A DNA stretch of 64,000 nt from the NCBI GenBank assembly GCA_020348445.1, contig CP070751.1, positions 615,901-679,900 of the forward strand. Reading direction: 5' to 3'. The DNA comes from Thermoplasmata archaeon (GTDB lineage Archaea > Thermoplasmatota > Thermoplasmata > GCA-020350865). Below, one piece after another: positions 1 to 9,052 of the stretch (position 1 is its first letter; each line of letters opens with the position of its first letter). The translations under genes were made by a program, and so were the position numbers. The notes below the pieces were generated by a model. That model made no database searches and was not told the DNA's origin. It saw only the letters and a list, made by a program, of their open reading frames with translations.

Positions 1-2703
1 ATCGACACTTGAAGTGGGTAATGTTGAATCTATGATTATTGTTGCATATGTCCCTGGGTCAATATTGTAATTATTATTCTCATCCCAGGCATAGACATAG
101 AGATCGTAACTATCGTCCCCCCATCCCACAGTATTAATTGAAACTGTGACAACTTCGGATGGCGAATCGAACGAACCATCCTCGGGATTTATATTGGTCC
201 CAGGCCAGTTCTGGGAGCCGATAGTGTAGTTGGCACCTGTAATATTCGAACCACCAGTTGCCGAGTCTTCGATTGAGGCCATCAATGTGACCATTATACC
301 AGGTCTTATTGTGATTGAGTCTGTGCCATTAACAGACACATTAGATATTTCTGGTGGATCAGAATCGGCAGGTGCACTGATCGTGATAGTGGCGAATGCT
401 GTGGATGTAGTATTATAGTTGTATTGTTCGTCCCAGCCGTATACATACAGGTCGTGGGACCCCACACTCCATCCTGTTGTGCTCACATCGAAGGTCACAT
501 CTTCGGTTTTTGAGTTGAAGGTTCCATCTATAGGATTCATATTTGTTCCTGGCCAGTTTTGAGAACCGATTGTGTAGTTCGCACCTGCAATAATAGAGCT
601 TCCAGTTGTTAAATCATCGATTGTGGCAGTTAGTGTGACAATTGTGCCTGATGTCACCGAAACGGAAGGTAGACCATCAACAAGTACATTGGATATCTCT
701 GGTGGGGTGGTGTCTATAGGGGGCGTCGTACCCCAAGGATACCTCAATGGATAATAATCAATACTGTCCCCATCGATATCAAACTGAACATCGCATATGC
801 CATCAGGTGAGCCAGTTGTCTGAGGTGTAGTTGATCCATTGTATAAATCTAGGCATGTGGGACTATAGTGAGACCAATAATTGCCTCCAGATGGGTAAGT
901 ATCGTTCCAAAAGTTATCGTTCCCATTATCATAAGCTTGAATTGAATTATCAATGATGTTATTGTGATAAATACTATTGTTTGAACATGAAGAAAAATAG
1001 ATACCATAATTACTGTTAGAATAAATATTGTTATTTGTAATGGTATTTTTATTTGATGATGATGAAAAACGAAAGCCTTCCCCATTGTCTGATATATTAT
1101 TTCCCGATATATTATTGCTTGATGATGAGTCAAACCAAAAGCCCCTTATAAGGTTTGATGTTATATTGTTACCTGTAATATTAATGTTTGATGATGAGTA
1201 TAGATAAAAGCCAATGTAATTGTTTGATATATTGTTGGCAGTGTTATTGATGTATGTTGAATCTTTATGACGGATACCAAACCAATTATTTGATAATATA
1301 TCGTTGCCTATTATTGATATGTTTTGTGAAAATACAACATCTATACCAATATCAGTGTTAGTTACTTGCAGGTTTCTTATTTCAAAATCTGTGCAATTAG
1401 CAATAATTAGTTGCCCAATAGGAATTCCATCGATATTAACTCCGCTGCAATTTTTATAGTAATATAGAGGTTTTCCATTCACTATGTTGTTAGTGGGGAT
1501 ATTATGAGAATTGAAGTAGGAAAGTGAGCCTCCCCAAATGTAAATCCCATTATTGATGAAATTATTGTCTGTTATATTATTATTTATAGATGAATACATG
1601 CTAATGCCAAACATGTCATTCGATGAGTAATTGTTACCAGTCACATTGTTGTTTGACGACTGGTAAAGTTGAAGTCCGCGATTCATGTTTAGTGACATAT
1701 TGTTCCCCGTTACATTATTGACTGATGAATCATGGAGATAGATTCCATCGTAATTGGAAGTGGCATTGTTCCCAACTATTTCACAATTGGTTGATGAATC
1801 GAGAAATATACCTTCATTATTGTTTGATGACACGTTGTTTCCTGTTATAAGGACATTTTTACAGAACGCCACAGTTATTCCCTTATCAGTATCTTTTATC
1901 TCTAAATTTTTTACCTCGAAGTCCATACAATTTGCGATAATTAGTTGCCCGATTGGTGCCCCATCGATTACTAGACTATAGTCATTCTTGTAATAGAATA
2001 AAGGCTTCTCGTTTACAAGGTTGTCTGTGGATATATTGTGTGAGGTATAATGGCTTAATAAATTTCCCCATAAAGATACCCCACAATTGATAAAGATATT
2101 GTTTGTTATGTTGAAGTTTGATGAAGAGGAAAGAAAAATGCCACTCCCGAAATTCGATGAAAGCACATTGTTTGCGATATAGTTATTGGTCGATGACGTT
2201 CGAATATACATAGCAATCCCTCTATTGTCTATAAAATTATTGTCTAATATGTAATTGTCTGATGACACAGATGCTTCGAGGCCATACTTATTTTTCGTTA
2301 TATTGTTATGTGTTATGTTGTTATTTGACGATAAATCGAGAAGAATACCACTGTCGCCATTAGTAATATTGAATCCTGTGATATTAACCCAATCTGCAGT
2401 TACATGGACGACATCTGATTCGCTACCATCAATAATGGTGGTGTCCCTATTCTCACCCGTTAAATTTATTGTTATGTCAACGATAATATTTTCTATATAT
2501 GTCCCGCTATAAACAAATACAGTATCACCATCATTGGCAATATCAATTGCTCCTTGTATTGTGGCGGAATCGTTCCCAACTCCCGAACCCACATACAATG
2601 TATTTCCCGCGTTCACAACATATGTCTCAAATGTGACAAATCCCAAAAATCCCGAAATCACCAACAAGCACACTATTCCTATCGAAATTAACCTGTTTTT
2701 CAT
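1..2703 (-). CDS. Cell-surface right-handed beta-helix (PbH1/NosD-like) adhesin/S-layer-like protein, paralog A; N-terminal 901 codons, C-terminus lies beyond the left edge
   Basis: Absent from the ORF track because it runs off the window. Revcomp of 2703..2641 reads MKNRLISIGIVCLLVISGFLG, near-identical to the N-terminus of the 4280..8095 product. Spot translations in the same frame stay open: from 1440, VNIDGIPIGQLIIANCTDFE; 60..1, DPGTYATIIIDSTLPTSSVD (compare DAFATIIIDTTLPASSVD in paralog B). Asn-rich coils are followed by repeated PPEISNV...GANYTIGSQNWPGT Ig-like modules. Confidence 0.85.
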   Translation of the reverse strand, partial: MKNRLISIGIVCLLVISGFLGFVTFETYVVNAGNTLYVGSGVGNDSATIQGAIDIANDGDTVFVYSGTYIENIIVDITINLTGENRDTTIIDGSESDVVHVTADWVNITGFNITNGDSGILLDLSSNNNITHNNITKNKYGLEASVSSDNYILDNNFIDNRGIAMYIRTSSTNNYIANNVLSSNFGSGIFLSSSSNFNITNNIFINCGVSLWGNLLSHYTSHNISTDNLVNEKPLFYYKNDYSLVIDGAPIGQLIIANCMDFEVKNLEIKDTDKGITVAFCKNVLITGNNVSSNNNEGIFLDSSTNCEIVGNNATSNYDGIYLHDSSVNNVTGNNMSLNMNRGLQLYQSSNNNVTGNNYSSNDMFGISMYSSINNNITDNNFINNGIYIWGGSLSYFNSHNIPTNNIVNGKPLYYYKNCSGVNIDGIPIGQLIIANCTDFEIRNLQVTNTDIGIDVVFSQNISIIGNDILSNNWFGIRHKDSTYINNTANNISNNYIGFYLYSSSNINITGNNITSNLIRGFWFDSSSSNNISGNNISDNGEGFRFSSSSNKNTITNNNIYSNSNYGIYFSSCSNNSIYHNNIIDNSIQAYDNGNDNFWNDTYPSGGNYWSHYSPTCLDLYNGSTTPQTTGSPDGICDVQFDIDGDSIDYYPLRYPWGTTPPIDTTPPEISNVLVDGLPSVSVTSGTIVTLTATIDDLTTGSSIIAGANYTIGSQNWPGTNMNPIDGTFNSKTEDVTFDVSTTGWSVGSHDLYVYGWDEQYNYNTTSTAFATITISAPADSDPPEISNVSVNGTDSITIRPGIMVTLMASIEDSATGGSNITGANYTIGSQNWPGTNINPEDGSFDSPSEVVTVSINTVGWGDDSYDLYVYAWDENNNYNIDPGTYATIIIDSTLPTSSVD

Positions 2704-2754
2704 AACGGCCCCCCTTGAACCCTTGAATGTATTGGGTTATTATTTAGTTTTTGG

Positions 2755-2762
2755 TTATATAA
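2755..2762 (-). promoter_or_regulatory. Candidate TATA box of adhesin paralog A
   Basis: TTATATAA 52 nt upstream of the ATG at 2703, with GGGGGG/SD-like purines just before the ATG. Same box and spacing as 8147..8154. Confidence 0.4.
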
Positions 2763-2805
2763 TTTCTTTTAAAACATACTATAAATGGAGGTAAATCAAT
2801 ATTTC

Positions 2806-2880
2806 TTAGGGAAAAAGCCACTTCCCCTCAAAGCTCTTAACAAGCTTCGCCCATTCCTCATAGTACTCTTTTTTATAGTT
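2806..2880 (-). pseudogene. Relic 1 of the 3' end of an OFOR beta-subunit gene (last ~20 codons; stop TGA changed to TGG)
   Basis: Revcomp reads NYKKEYYEEWAKLVKSFEGKWLFP*, versus ...DIERKEYTTEWAKLVKSFEGK* at the end of the intact gene 8210..9052. There is no coding continuation upstream. Confidence 0.8.
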
Positions 2881-3006
2881 TATCAAAAGTTACAAACAGA
2901 GGTTATACAGATTACTTTTTAAGGTTTCGAATATGGCTATTTCTTATATATAAATGTTTCAAGTTCATCGAAAGATTTATAAATATTATACCTAATATAT
3001 AGAAAC

Positions 3007-3579
3007 ATGAAGAAAAAGGAGCTCATATACAGGCAGTTGCTATTGAATCCCGAGACCACGCAGCTTGAATTATCCAAAACCCTGAGAATATCCTTAAGCA
3101 CCGTGAATAATGCCATACAACCTCTGAGGAGTATGGGTGCTATCCAGGTCAGCTTAAGAAAACTTAGGGTTGTTGACAAAGAAAAGTTGTTGCTTTTCTG
3201 GGCGAGCATAAAAAATCTTCAAAATCACCTTCTTTATAAAACCAGGGTCGAGATGCCCGTAGATCAATTAGAAAAAAACATGCCGCCCAAGATATTATTT
3301 ACCGCCTATACCGGATACAAATTCCGTTATAAGGATGTACCCGCTGATTACAGCGAGGTCTATGTTTATACATATGGCAAAGGTCTCGATTCAATAACGG
3401 CTAGATTTCCGGAAAGCGAGAAGGTACCCAATCTCTTCGTACTGGAAGCAGATAAGCATCTAGTTCAGGTTTCCAAAAATAATATTGTTCCAGATTATCA
3501 AATTTTCGTGGATCTTTGGAACCTCCCGGAGTGGTATGCAAAGGAGTTCATAATAAAATTGAAGGAAAGGATATTATGA
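3007..3579 (+). CDS. AbiEi-like antitoxin / winged-HTH transcriptional regulator (type IV TA, putative)
   Basis: 190 aa. N-terminal wHTH (TTQLELSKTLRISLSTVNNAIQPLRSMGAI) plus a C-terminal domain. Its stop overlaps the downstream start in an ATGA junction at 3576..3579. Confidence 0.6.
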   Translation: MKKKELIYRQLLLNPETTQLELSKTLRISLSTVNNAIQPLRSMGAIQVSLRKLRVVDKEKLLLFWASIKNLQNHLLYKTRVEMPVDQLEKNMPPKILFTAYTGYKFRYKDVPADYSEVYVYTYGKGLDSITARFPESEKVPNLFVLEADKHLVQVSKNNIVPDYQIFVDLWNLPEWYAKEFIIKLKERIL

Positions 3580-4202
3580 CAGAGTTTTGGAATGAGCTGT
3601 TGACAAAGGCAAGCTGGAAAAAACTCCAAGAACTAACCAATGAATTTGAATTCATCCTCATAGGCGGTTGGGCGATATTCATATGGACTAAAAAACACAA
3701 GTCCAAGGACATCGATATTGTCGTTGATTACGAAATCCTCTCCGAAATACAGGAAAGATATCCTTTAACAAAAAATAATAGATTGAAAAAATATGAGGTA
3801 AAATTTGATGAATTTGATATTGATATTTATCTACCATATTATTCAAAATTGGCCATTCCAATTGAGGACTTGAAAGAACTCTCTGTAAAAGTTCAAGGTA
3901 TAAGAACGGTTGCTCTTGAAGCATTGCTTATTCTCAAGCAAGCAGCTGAAATAGAGCGAAGAAATAGTGTTAAGGGTCAGAAGGATAGTATAGATATTTT
4001 AACTATCCTGATACACGGTGGCATTGATTTGAACAAATACAATGAAATGCTTGTTAAGTACGACCTTGGAAATTATGTAAATGAACTTATTTTTGTAATA
4101 CAGAGTTTTGATAAGAAGAATCTGAGATATATTGATTTGAATCTCAAGAAGTTTGCCGACTGGAAAAAAGGATATATTAAAAAACTTAGAAAGCTGAAAT
4201 AG
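3576..4202 (+). CDS. AbiEii/DUF1814-like minimal nucleotidyltransferase toxin (putative)
   Basis: The track ORF 3516..4202 is trimmed to the ATG at 3576, which overlaps the upstream stop by 4 nt. NTase signature ILIGGWAIFIW(x8)SKDIDIVV (GG...DxD), then a second acidic motif DEFDIDIY. Confidence 0.6.
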   Translation: MTEFWNELLTKASWKKLQELTNEFEFILIGGWAIFIWTKKHKSKDIDIVVDYEILSEIQERYPLTKNNRLKKYEVKFDEFDIDIYLPYYSKLAIPIEDLKELSVKVQGIRTVALEALLILKQAAEIERRNSVKGQKDSIDILTILIHGGIDLNKYNEMLVKYDLGNYVNELIFVIQSFDKKNLRYIDLNLKKFADWKKGYIKKLRKLK

Positions 4203-4290
4203 TTATGGATTACCAACATTCCCTTTTAACTTTTTATCAGATTCGCCCACTCTTCAGCGGATTCTTTCCTCTCAATATTCTACAACTCCT
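4203..4290 (-). pseudogene. Relic 2 (older, diverged) of an OFOR beta-subunit 3' end, fused to the stop of adhesin B
   Basis: Revcomp of 4290..4231 reads ..EEL*NIERKESAEEWANLIKS*, versus ..GELQDIERKEYTTEWAKLVKSFEGK*. Nucleotide similarity (ggagttgtagaatattgagagg vs ggaattgcaggacatcgagagg) runs into the last codons and stop of gene B. Confidence 0.7.
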
Positions 4291-7200
4291 CTGATTGATC
4301 CTCAGGTGGCAGTGTTTGTGGTCCCTCTTCAGATATAATTTGGTCTCCTTCAAAATCCTCAGGTATTGTCTGTGTTTCCTCATCAGACACAATCTGATCT
4401 TCTTCAAGATTCTCAGGCGGTGAAGTTGGTGGTCCCTCTTCGGTTACAGGCTCAACCTCTTCCGGTATCACAGGCTCCTTCTTCCAGGGTTTAAGTAAAA
4501 ACATTACCACGACAATAATTATTATGATAACAATAATCAAGATCAGCCACATGTAATTCTCCTCCTCCCCCTCATCTTCCTCCTCCTCTGCAATTTTTAT
4601 CATAATCAAAGAGTCTGTGGTAAGAGTATTATGCTGCCCTGCGGTTACAGGCAAACCTATAATAGTCTTGTCTTGATAACCAGTCTTCTCCGCCTTAAGA
4701 TCATAGGTTCCCGCAGGTATGTTTGATATCGTGAAATCTCCATTTTCGTCAGTTGTAGCAGAATAAGTTATCCCAACCAATGTCACCGTCGCACCCGAGA
4801 TTGGTTCGCCATCCTCATCTTTTACTGTCCCAGATATTGAACCAGTTGTCACAGCTGAGCTGACATTCACCCACATTGTGTCTGAATCTTTGTTCCCTGC
4901 TTCATCTGTGACGTTTAAAGTAACTAAATAATCACCCGGGGCAATGAATCTGTATGTTGAATTCACACCTTCAAGTGTTATCAGATCTCCATCTGTAAAA
5001 GTCCATGTGTATTTTAAATGCTGGAAATTATCAGTTGTGCCGCTTCCATCAAAAGTCACGGTTGTCTCTGGCGGAACTTGTTGATCAAATCCTGCATTTG
5101 CACGTGGTGGAGTTACATCGTAACCGCAAATTGCCTTAGCAGTTGTGGCTGTTTCTTCGTTAGTGGCCTTATCGATTGCGATGGTGTAGAGCTCATAGTA
5201 AGCCTCAGCGTGCGGAAAGTCGAAGATCCACTCCCAGGGAGTCTGTGTATCCACTCCAAAGGTGACATCGGTACTCCAAGTCAAGTTATTATTGCTGTAT
5301 CTGTAGAACAATTCCACACTTACCATTTTACTGTCCAGCTCCTTAACGGCAGCACTTATTATAATTGGTGATGTGGTCTGCCAGTAAGGAATGATTCTGC
5401 TAATCTCTGAATAGGGTATCTGTGTATCATATCCGCATATTGCATCTGTTCCTGTATCTGTTTCAACATTACCTGCGGAATCTGTAGCAATTGATTTGAG
5501 TTCATAATATCTTTCACTCTCGGGGAAATCGAATATCCATTCCCAAGGGCTTGTAGTATCTGTTCCAGCTGTCTCCCATTCACTCCAGGATTGGTTTACA
5601 GGACTGTATCGATACAACAACTCAACACTTTCTACACTGCTTCCTATGTCTGAAGCGGTGGCGGAAATAGTAACTTGCCCAGTATTGTTCCAGTATGGTG
5701 AGATCAGATCAACACTTGAAGCGGGTAATGTGGTATCTATTATTATTGTTGCAAAGGCATCTGATGTGAGGTTGAAATTATAATTCTCATCCCTGGCATA
5801 GACATAGATATCGTAGCTACCATCTCCCCATCCCGCGGTGCTAATAGAAATATTGACAGATTCGGTTGGTGTATCAAGTGCACCATCAGAGGGATCCAAA
5901 TCGGTCCCTGGCCAGTTCTGAGAACCGATAGTATAATTCGCACCAGTAATATTCGCGCCACCGGTTGAGGAATCATCGATGGTTGCGGTCAGTGTAACAG
6001 TTGTCCCCTCTATTACAGTAACAGAAGGCAATCCATCTACAAGTACATTGGTAATCTCTGGTGGTCTTATATCCACGGGATTCACAAGTGGATAACAATC
6101 CTCTGCCCCTGCCGGGCCATTTATGAAATAAGAAACATCAACAATTCCATAAGGTGGATTATCATCTGGTGTCGTCCAATCTGCCCACCAATTGCCTTTG
6201 GTTTCATAATACCAATAGTTATAGTCACCGTCATCGTATGCCTGAACATTCAAGGGGTTATAAACATCCGTGCTTCCCCTATTATAGGCTATGTTGTTAT
6301 GATAGATATTGTTGTAGTAAGAGGATGTAATAAAAACAGCGTAATCGTGGCAATTAAAGATATCGTTTAAGATGATGCTGTTGTTGTTAGAATTGTCGAA
6401 GATATAGATGCCGCGTGCATCAGTGCCGATGGCTTTAATGGTGTTGCCTGTTAGATTGTTATAATTCGAATATGACGTTATCCTAATGCCGTATCCGGAC
6501 GAATTAGTAGTAAATATTGTGTTGCTTGTTAGATTGTTACTCGAAGATGAAGATATCCCAATGCCACGACCATACTCCCCAGAAGTGTTTATTGTGTTAC
6601 CTGTTAGATTGTTGTTATTCGAATAATCAGATAAATCAATACCGTACCCATACTGCCCAGATGTATTTATTGTGTTGTCTGATAGAATGTTTTTCGTAGA
6701 TGAAGATAGATAAATGCCGTCTCCATTCTGCCCAGATGTATTTATTGTGTTGCCTGTTAGAGTGTTATTCGAAGAATAAGATAGCCTAATACCAAAACCA
6801 TACAGCCGAGATGTATTTATTGTGTTGGCTATTAGATTGTTATTATTTGAAGAGAGTTTTATACTAATGCCGTGCCCATACTCCTCAGCAGTATCTATAA
6901 TATTTTCTGTCAAAGTATTATTCGAAGATGTAACAAGATAAATGCCGGACCCAGCATATCCAGAGGTATTTATTGTATTGCTTTTTAGAATATTGTTATT
7001 CGAAGAGTCATTTAGGTAAAAGCCATACCCATCCTGTCCAGATGTATTTATAATGTTTCCTATTATAGTATTATCATTCGAATAAGGAAATAAATAAATG
7101 CCGTAACTGTCTTCTCCAGAGGTATTGATAAAGTTGTTTTTTATATTATTGTCATTTGAGGAATAATACAGATAAATGCCAATTGCCGATTGGTTTTGAG

Positions 7201-8095
7201 TAGTTATGAGGTTCCCTGATAGACTATTATTTACAGAGTCATATAGATAAATACCATGCCCGGACTGATTATAAGTACTTATCGTATTACCTATTAGATT
7301 GTTATCATTCGATATTGATCCAATTTCAATGCCATGCCCATTCAAACCTGAGGTATTTATCTTATTTTCTGTTAGATTGTTATTACAAGATTCATCTAGA
7401 AAAATACCACTTGCTTGTTGACCAAAAGCATCTATTTTATTGTCTGTAACATTATTATTAAATGAGACAGACATCCAAATACCATACCCCCACTGCCCGA
7501 AGGTCTTTATCGTATTGCCTGTTACCATATTATTATTCGTGAAGGCGTATAAACGAATACTAAATCCGTATAGATTGTTAGTAATTATTGTGTTGCCAGT
7601 TATACAGTTGTTTGAGGATTGAACTGCAATCCCATAGCTACTATCTCCTGTAGTGGTAATATAATTGCTAGTAATGGTAGAATTATGCGCTGAGCTACTT
7701 TTAAGATTTATTCCATACGTAAAATTTCCAGAAACGGAAATATTGAACCCAGTGATGTTCACACCGCTTGCCGTAACATTAATCCCGGCTGATTTAATGC
7801 TCCATGTTCCTTCATAATGATATATAATCTTACAGTCTGAACTACTATTGCCAATGAGAGAGATATCTGGTGTGCTTATATTTACAGATTCAACATATGT
7901 TCCATTCGCCACGATGATAGTATCCCCAGGGATTGCGGCATCCACTGCACTCTGTATAGTATCATAAATCAATCCAGGACCCACATACAGAGTGTTACCG
8001 CCACTCACATTCTCAGTCTCAAATGTGACAAATCCCAAAAATCCCGAGATGACCAACATACACACTATTCCCATCGAGATTAACCTGTTTTTCAT
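4280..8095 (-). CDS. Giant cell-surface beta-helix adhesin/S-layer-like protein, paralog B (1271 aa)
   Basis: N-terminal signal/anchor MKNRLISMGIVCMLVISGFLG. About 20 tandem 22-23-aa PbH1 coils (consensus SNNNLTGNTINTSGxYGYGIYL). Ig-like modules, including two ~105-aa repeats (SPWEWIFDFP...YYEL). PKD domain (ANAGFDQQV...YTWTF...YLVTLNVTDEAGN). CarboxypepD_reg-like domain (GTVKDEDGEPISGATVTL...). C-terminal TM helix and an acidic cytoplasmic tail. Confidence 0.9.
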   Translation of the reverse strand: MKNRLISMGIVCMLVISGFLGFVTFETENVSGGNTLYVGPGLIYDTIQSAVDAAIPGDTIIVANGTYVESVNISTPDISLIGNSSSDCKIIYHYEGTWSIKSAGINVTASGVNITGFNISVSGNFTYGINLKSSSAHNSTITSNYITTTGDSSYGIAVQSSNNCITGNTIITNNLYGFSIRLYAFTNNNMVTGNTIKTFGQWGYGIWMSVSFNNNVTDNKIDAFGQQASGIFLDESCNNNLTENKINTSGLNGHGIEIGSISNDNNLIGNTISTYNQSGHGIYLYDSVNNSLSGNLITTQNQSAIGIYLYYSSNDNNIKNNFINTSGEDSYGIYLFPYSNDNTIIGNIINTSGQDGYGFYLNDSSNNNILKSNTINTSGYAGSGIYLVTSSNNTLTENIIDTAEEYGHGISIKLSSNNNNLIANTINTSRLYGFGIRLSYSSNNTLTGNTINTSGQNGDGIYLSSSTKNILSDNTINTSGQYGYGIDLSDYSNNNNLTGNTINTSGEYGRGIGISSSSSNNLTSNTIFTTNSSGYGIRITSYSNYNNLTGNTIKAIGTDARGIYIFDNSNNNSIILNDIFNCHDYAVFITSSYYNNIYHNNIAYNRGSTDVYNPLNVQAYDDGDYNYWYYETKGNWWADWTTPDDNPPYGIVDVSYFINGPAGAEDCYPLVNPVDIRPPEITNVLVDGLPSVTVIEGTTVTLTATIDDSSTGGANITGANYTIGSQNWPGTDLDPSDGALDTPTESVNISISTAGWGDGSYDIYVYARDENYNFNLTSDAFATIIIDTTLPASSVDLISPYWNNTGQVTISATASDIGSSVESVELLYRYSPVNQSWSEWETAGTDTTSPWEWIFDFPESERYYELKSIATDSAGNVETDTGTDAICGYDTQIPYSEISRIIPYWQTTSPIIISAAVKELDSKMVSVELFYRYSNNNLTWSTDVTFGVDTQTPWEWIFDFPHAEAYYELYTIAIDKATNEETATTAKAICGYDVTPPRANAGFDQQVPPETTVTFDGSGTTDNFQHLKYTWTFTDGDLITLEGVNSTYRFIAPGDYLVTLNVTDEAGNKDSDTMWVNVSSAVTTGSISGTVKDEDGEPISGATVTLVGITYSATTDENGDFTISNIPAGTYDLKAEKTGYQDKTIIGLPVTAGQHNTLTTDSLIMIKIAEEEEDEGEEENYMWLILIIVIIIIIVVVMFLLKPWKKEPVIPEEVEPVTEEGPPTSPPENLEEDQIVSDEETQTIPEDFEGDQIISEEGPQTLPPEDQSEEL

Positions 8096-8275
8096 ACCGA
8101 CCCTCCAATGACCCTTGAATGTGTTTGGTTTTAATTTATTTTTTGGTTATATAATTTCTTTTAAGAGATGCCAGAATGGATGGTAAATCCACACTTCTGA
8201 GGGAATAACTCACTTCCCCTCAAAGCTCTTAACAAGCTTCGCCCATTCAGTAGTATATTCCTTCCTCTCGATGTC
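8012..8275 (-). repeat. Duplicated module, copy B (parental): end of intact OFOR-beta gene + promoter/5'UTR + first ~28 codons of adhesin B
   Basis: See 2620..2880; the 38-nt identity covers 8211..8248. Confidence 0.85.
8147..8154 (-). promoter_or_regulatory. Candidate TATA box of adhesin paralog B
   Basis: TTATATAA 52 nt upstream of the ATG at 8095, with GGAGGG SD-like purines before the start. Confidence 0.4.
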
Positions 8276-9052
8276 CTGCAATTCCCCAATCAAAATCTTC
8301 TTGTTCTCACCTTTCTGCTTATCAGACAGAAGCTTCCACTTGCTGTTTACGATGGTATTTGCCTTGTACCAGTCCCAGGCTTCCTTTGCGATCCTCTGCT
8401 TGTTCTTCCTGCCGTAACCAGTTGGGCAGGGTACCAGTGTTTCAATAAATGCAAATCCTTTCTTCTTCAATCCTTTTTTAATGGATCCAACTGTCTCATA
8501 AGGATAACCCATGGGCCACCGTGCAACATATGGTGCACCAGAGATTATGGCAAGCTCGGATAGATCAAAAGGCTCTTCTATGTTTCTGTAGGGCGTCGTG
8601 GTCGTGAAATCTCCCAAAGGAGTTGTGGGCGAAACCTGACCTCCAGTCATGCCATAATTCCAGTTGTTGATCACGATAACTGTCATGTCAACATTCCTTC
8701 TTGCAGCGTGAATAAAATGGTTCCCCCCTATTCCAGCCAAATCCCCATCACCTGTAAATACTATCACATGCAAATCAGGACGGGCAACTTTTACACCTGT
8801 TGCAAATGCAATGGCTCTTCCATGGGTTGTGTGCAATCCGTCTGCATCTATGTAGCCAGGCATTCTTGAAGAGCACCCGATTCCCGAGCTGAAAACAACG
8901 TCATCGATGTTTATTTTGGATTCATCAATTGCACGGAGCGCATAGTTCAGAACATTACCTATCCCGCATCCCTGGCAGAAGATTGAAGGATACATGGTCT
9001 CCTCAAGATATTTTTCCCTAATAACCTTGGCCTTGTTAAACAAACTACACAC
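8210..9052 (-). CDS. 2-oxoacid:ferredoxin oxidoreductase, beta (TPP-binding) subunit, set 1
   Basis: 280 aa. FCQGCGIG near the N-terminus, TPP motif GDGDLAGIGGNH...NN.NYGMTGGQ. Overlaps the alpha gene by 8 nt. Confidence 0.9.
   Translation of the reverse strand: MCSLFNKAKVIREKYLEETMYPSIFCQGCGIGNVLNYALRAIDESKINIDDVVFSSGIGCSSRMPGYIDADGLHTTHGRAIAFATGVKVARPDLHVIVFTGDGDLAGIGGNHFIHAARRNVDMTVIVINNWNYGMTGGQVSPTTPLGDFTTTTPYRNIEEPFDLSELAIISGAPYVARWPMGYPYETVGSIKKGLKKKGFAFIETLVPCPTGYGRKNKQRIAKEAWDWYKANTIVNSKWKLLSDKQKGENKKILIGELQDIERKEYTTEWAKLVKSFEGK

Larger units (their letters stand above)
2620..2880 (-). repeat. Duplicated module, copy A: OFOR-beta 3' tail relic + promoter/5'UTR + first ~28 codons of the adhesin gene
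   Basis: Aligns by eye with 8012..8275. 2819..2856 is identical to 8211..8248 (38/38 nt). The intergenic part is roughly three-quarters identical. A TTATATAA box lies 52 nt from each ATG, and the first 27 aa are nearly identical. Confidence 0.85.

Noticed and set aside
230-8000. Numerous short ORFs inside the two adhesin genes (for example 849..1133, 1754..1981, 5018..5371 and 6517..6699).
   Set aside because: They are repeat-driven shadow frames. The long minus-strand frame has coherent domain architecture and paralog support.
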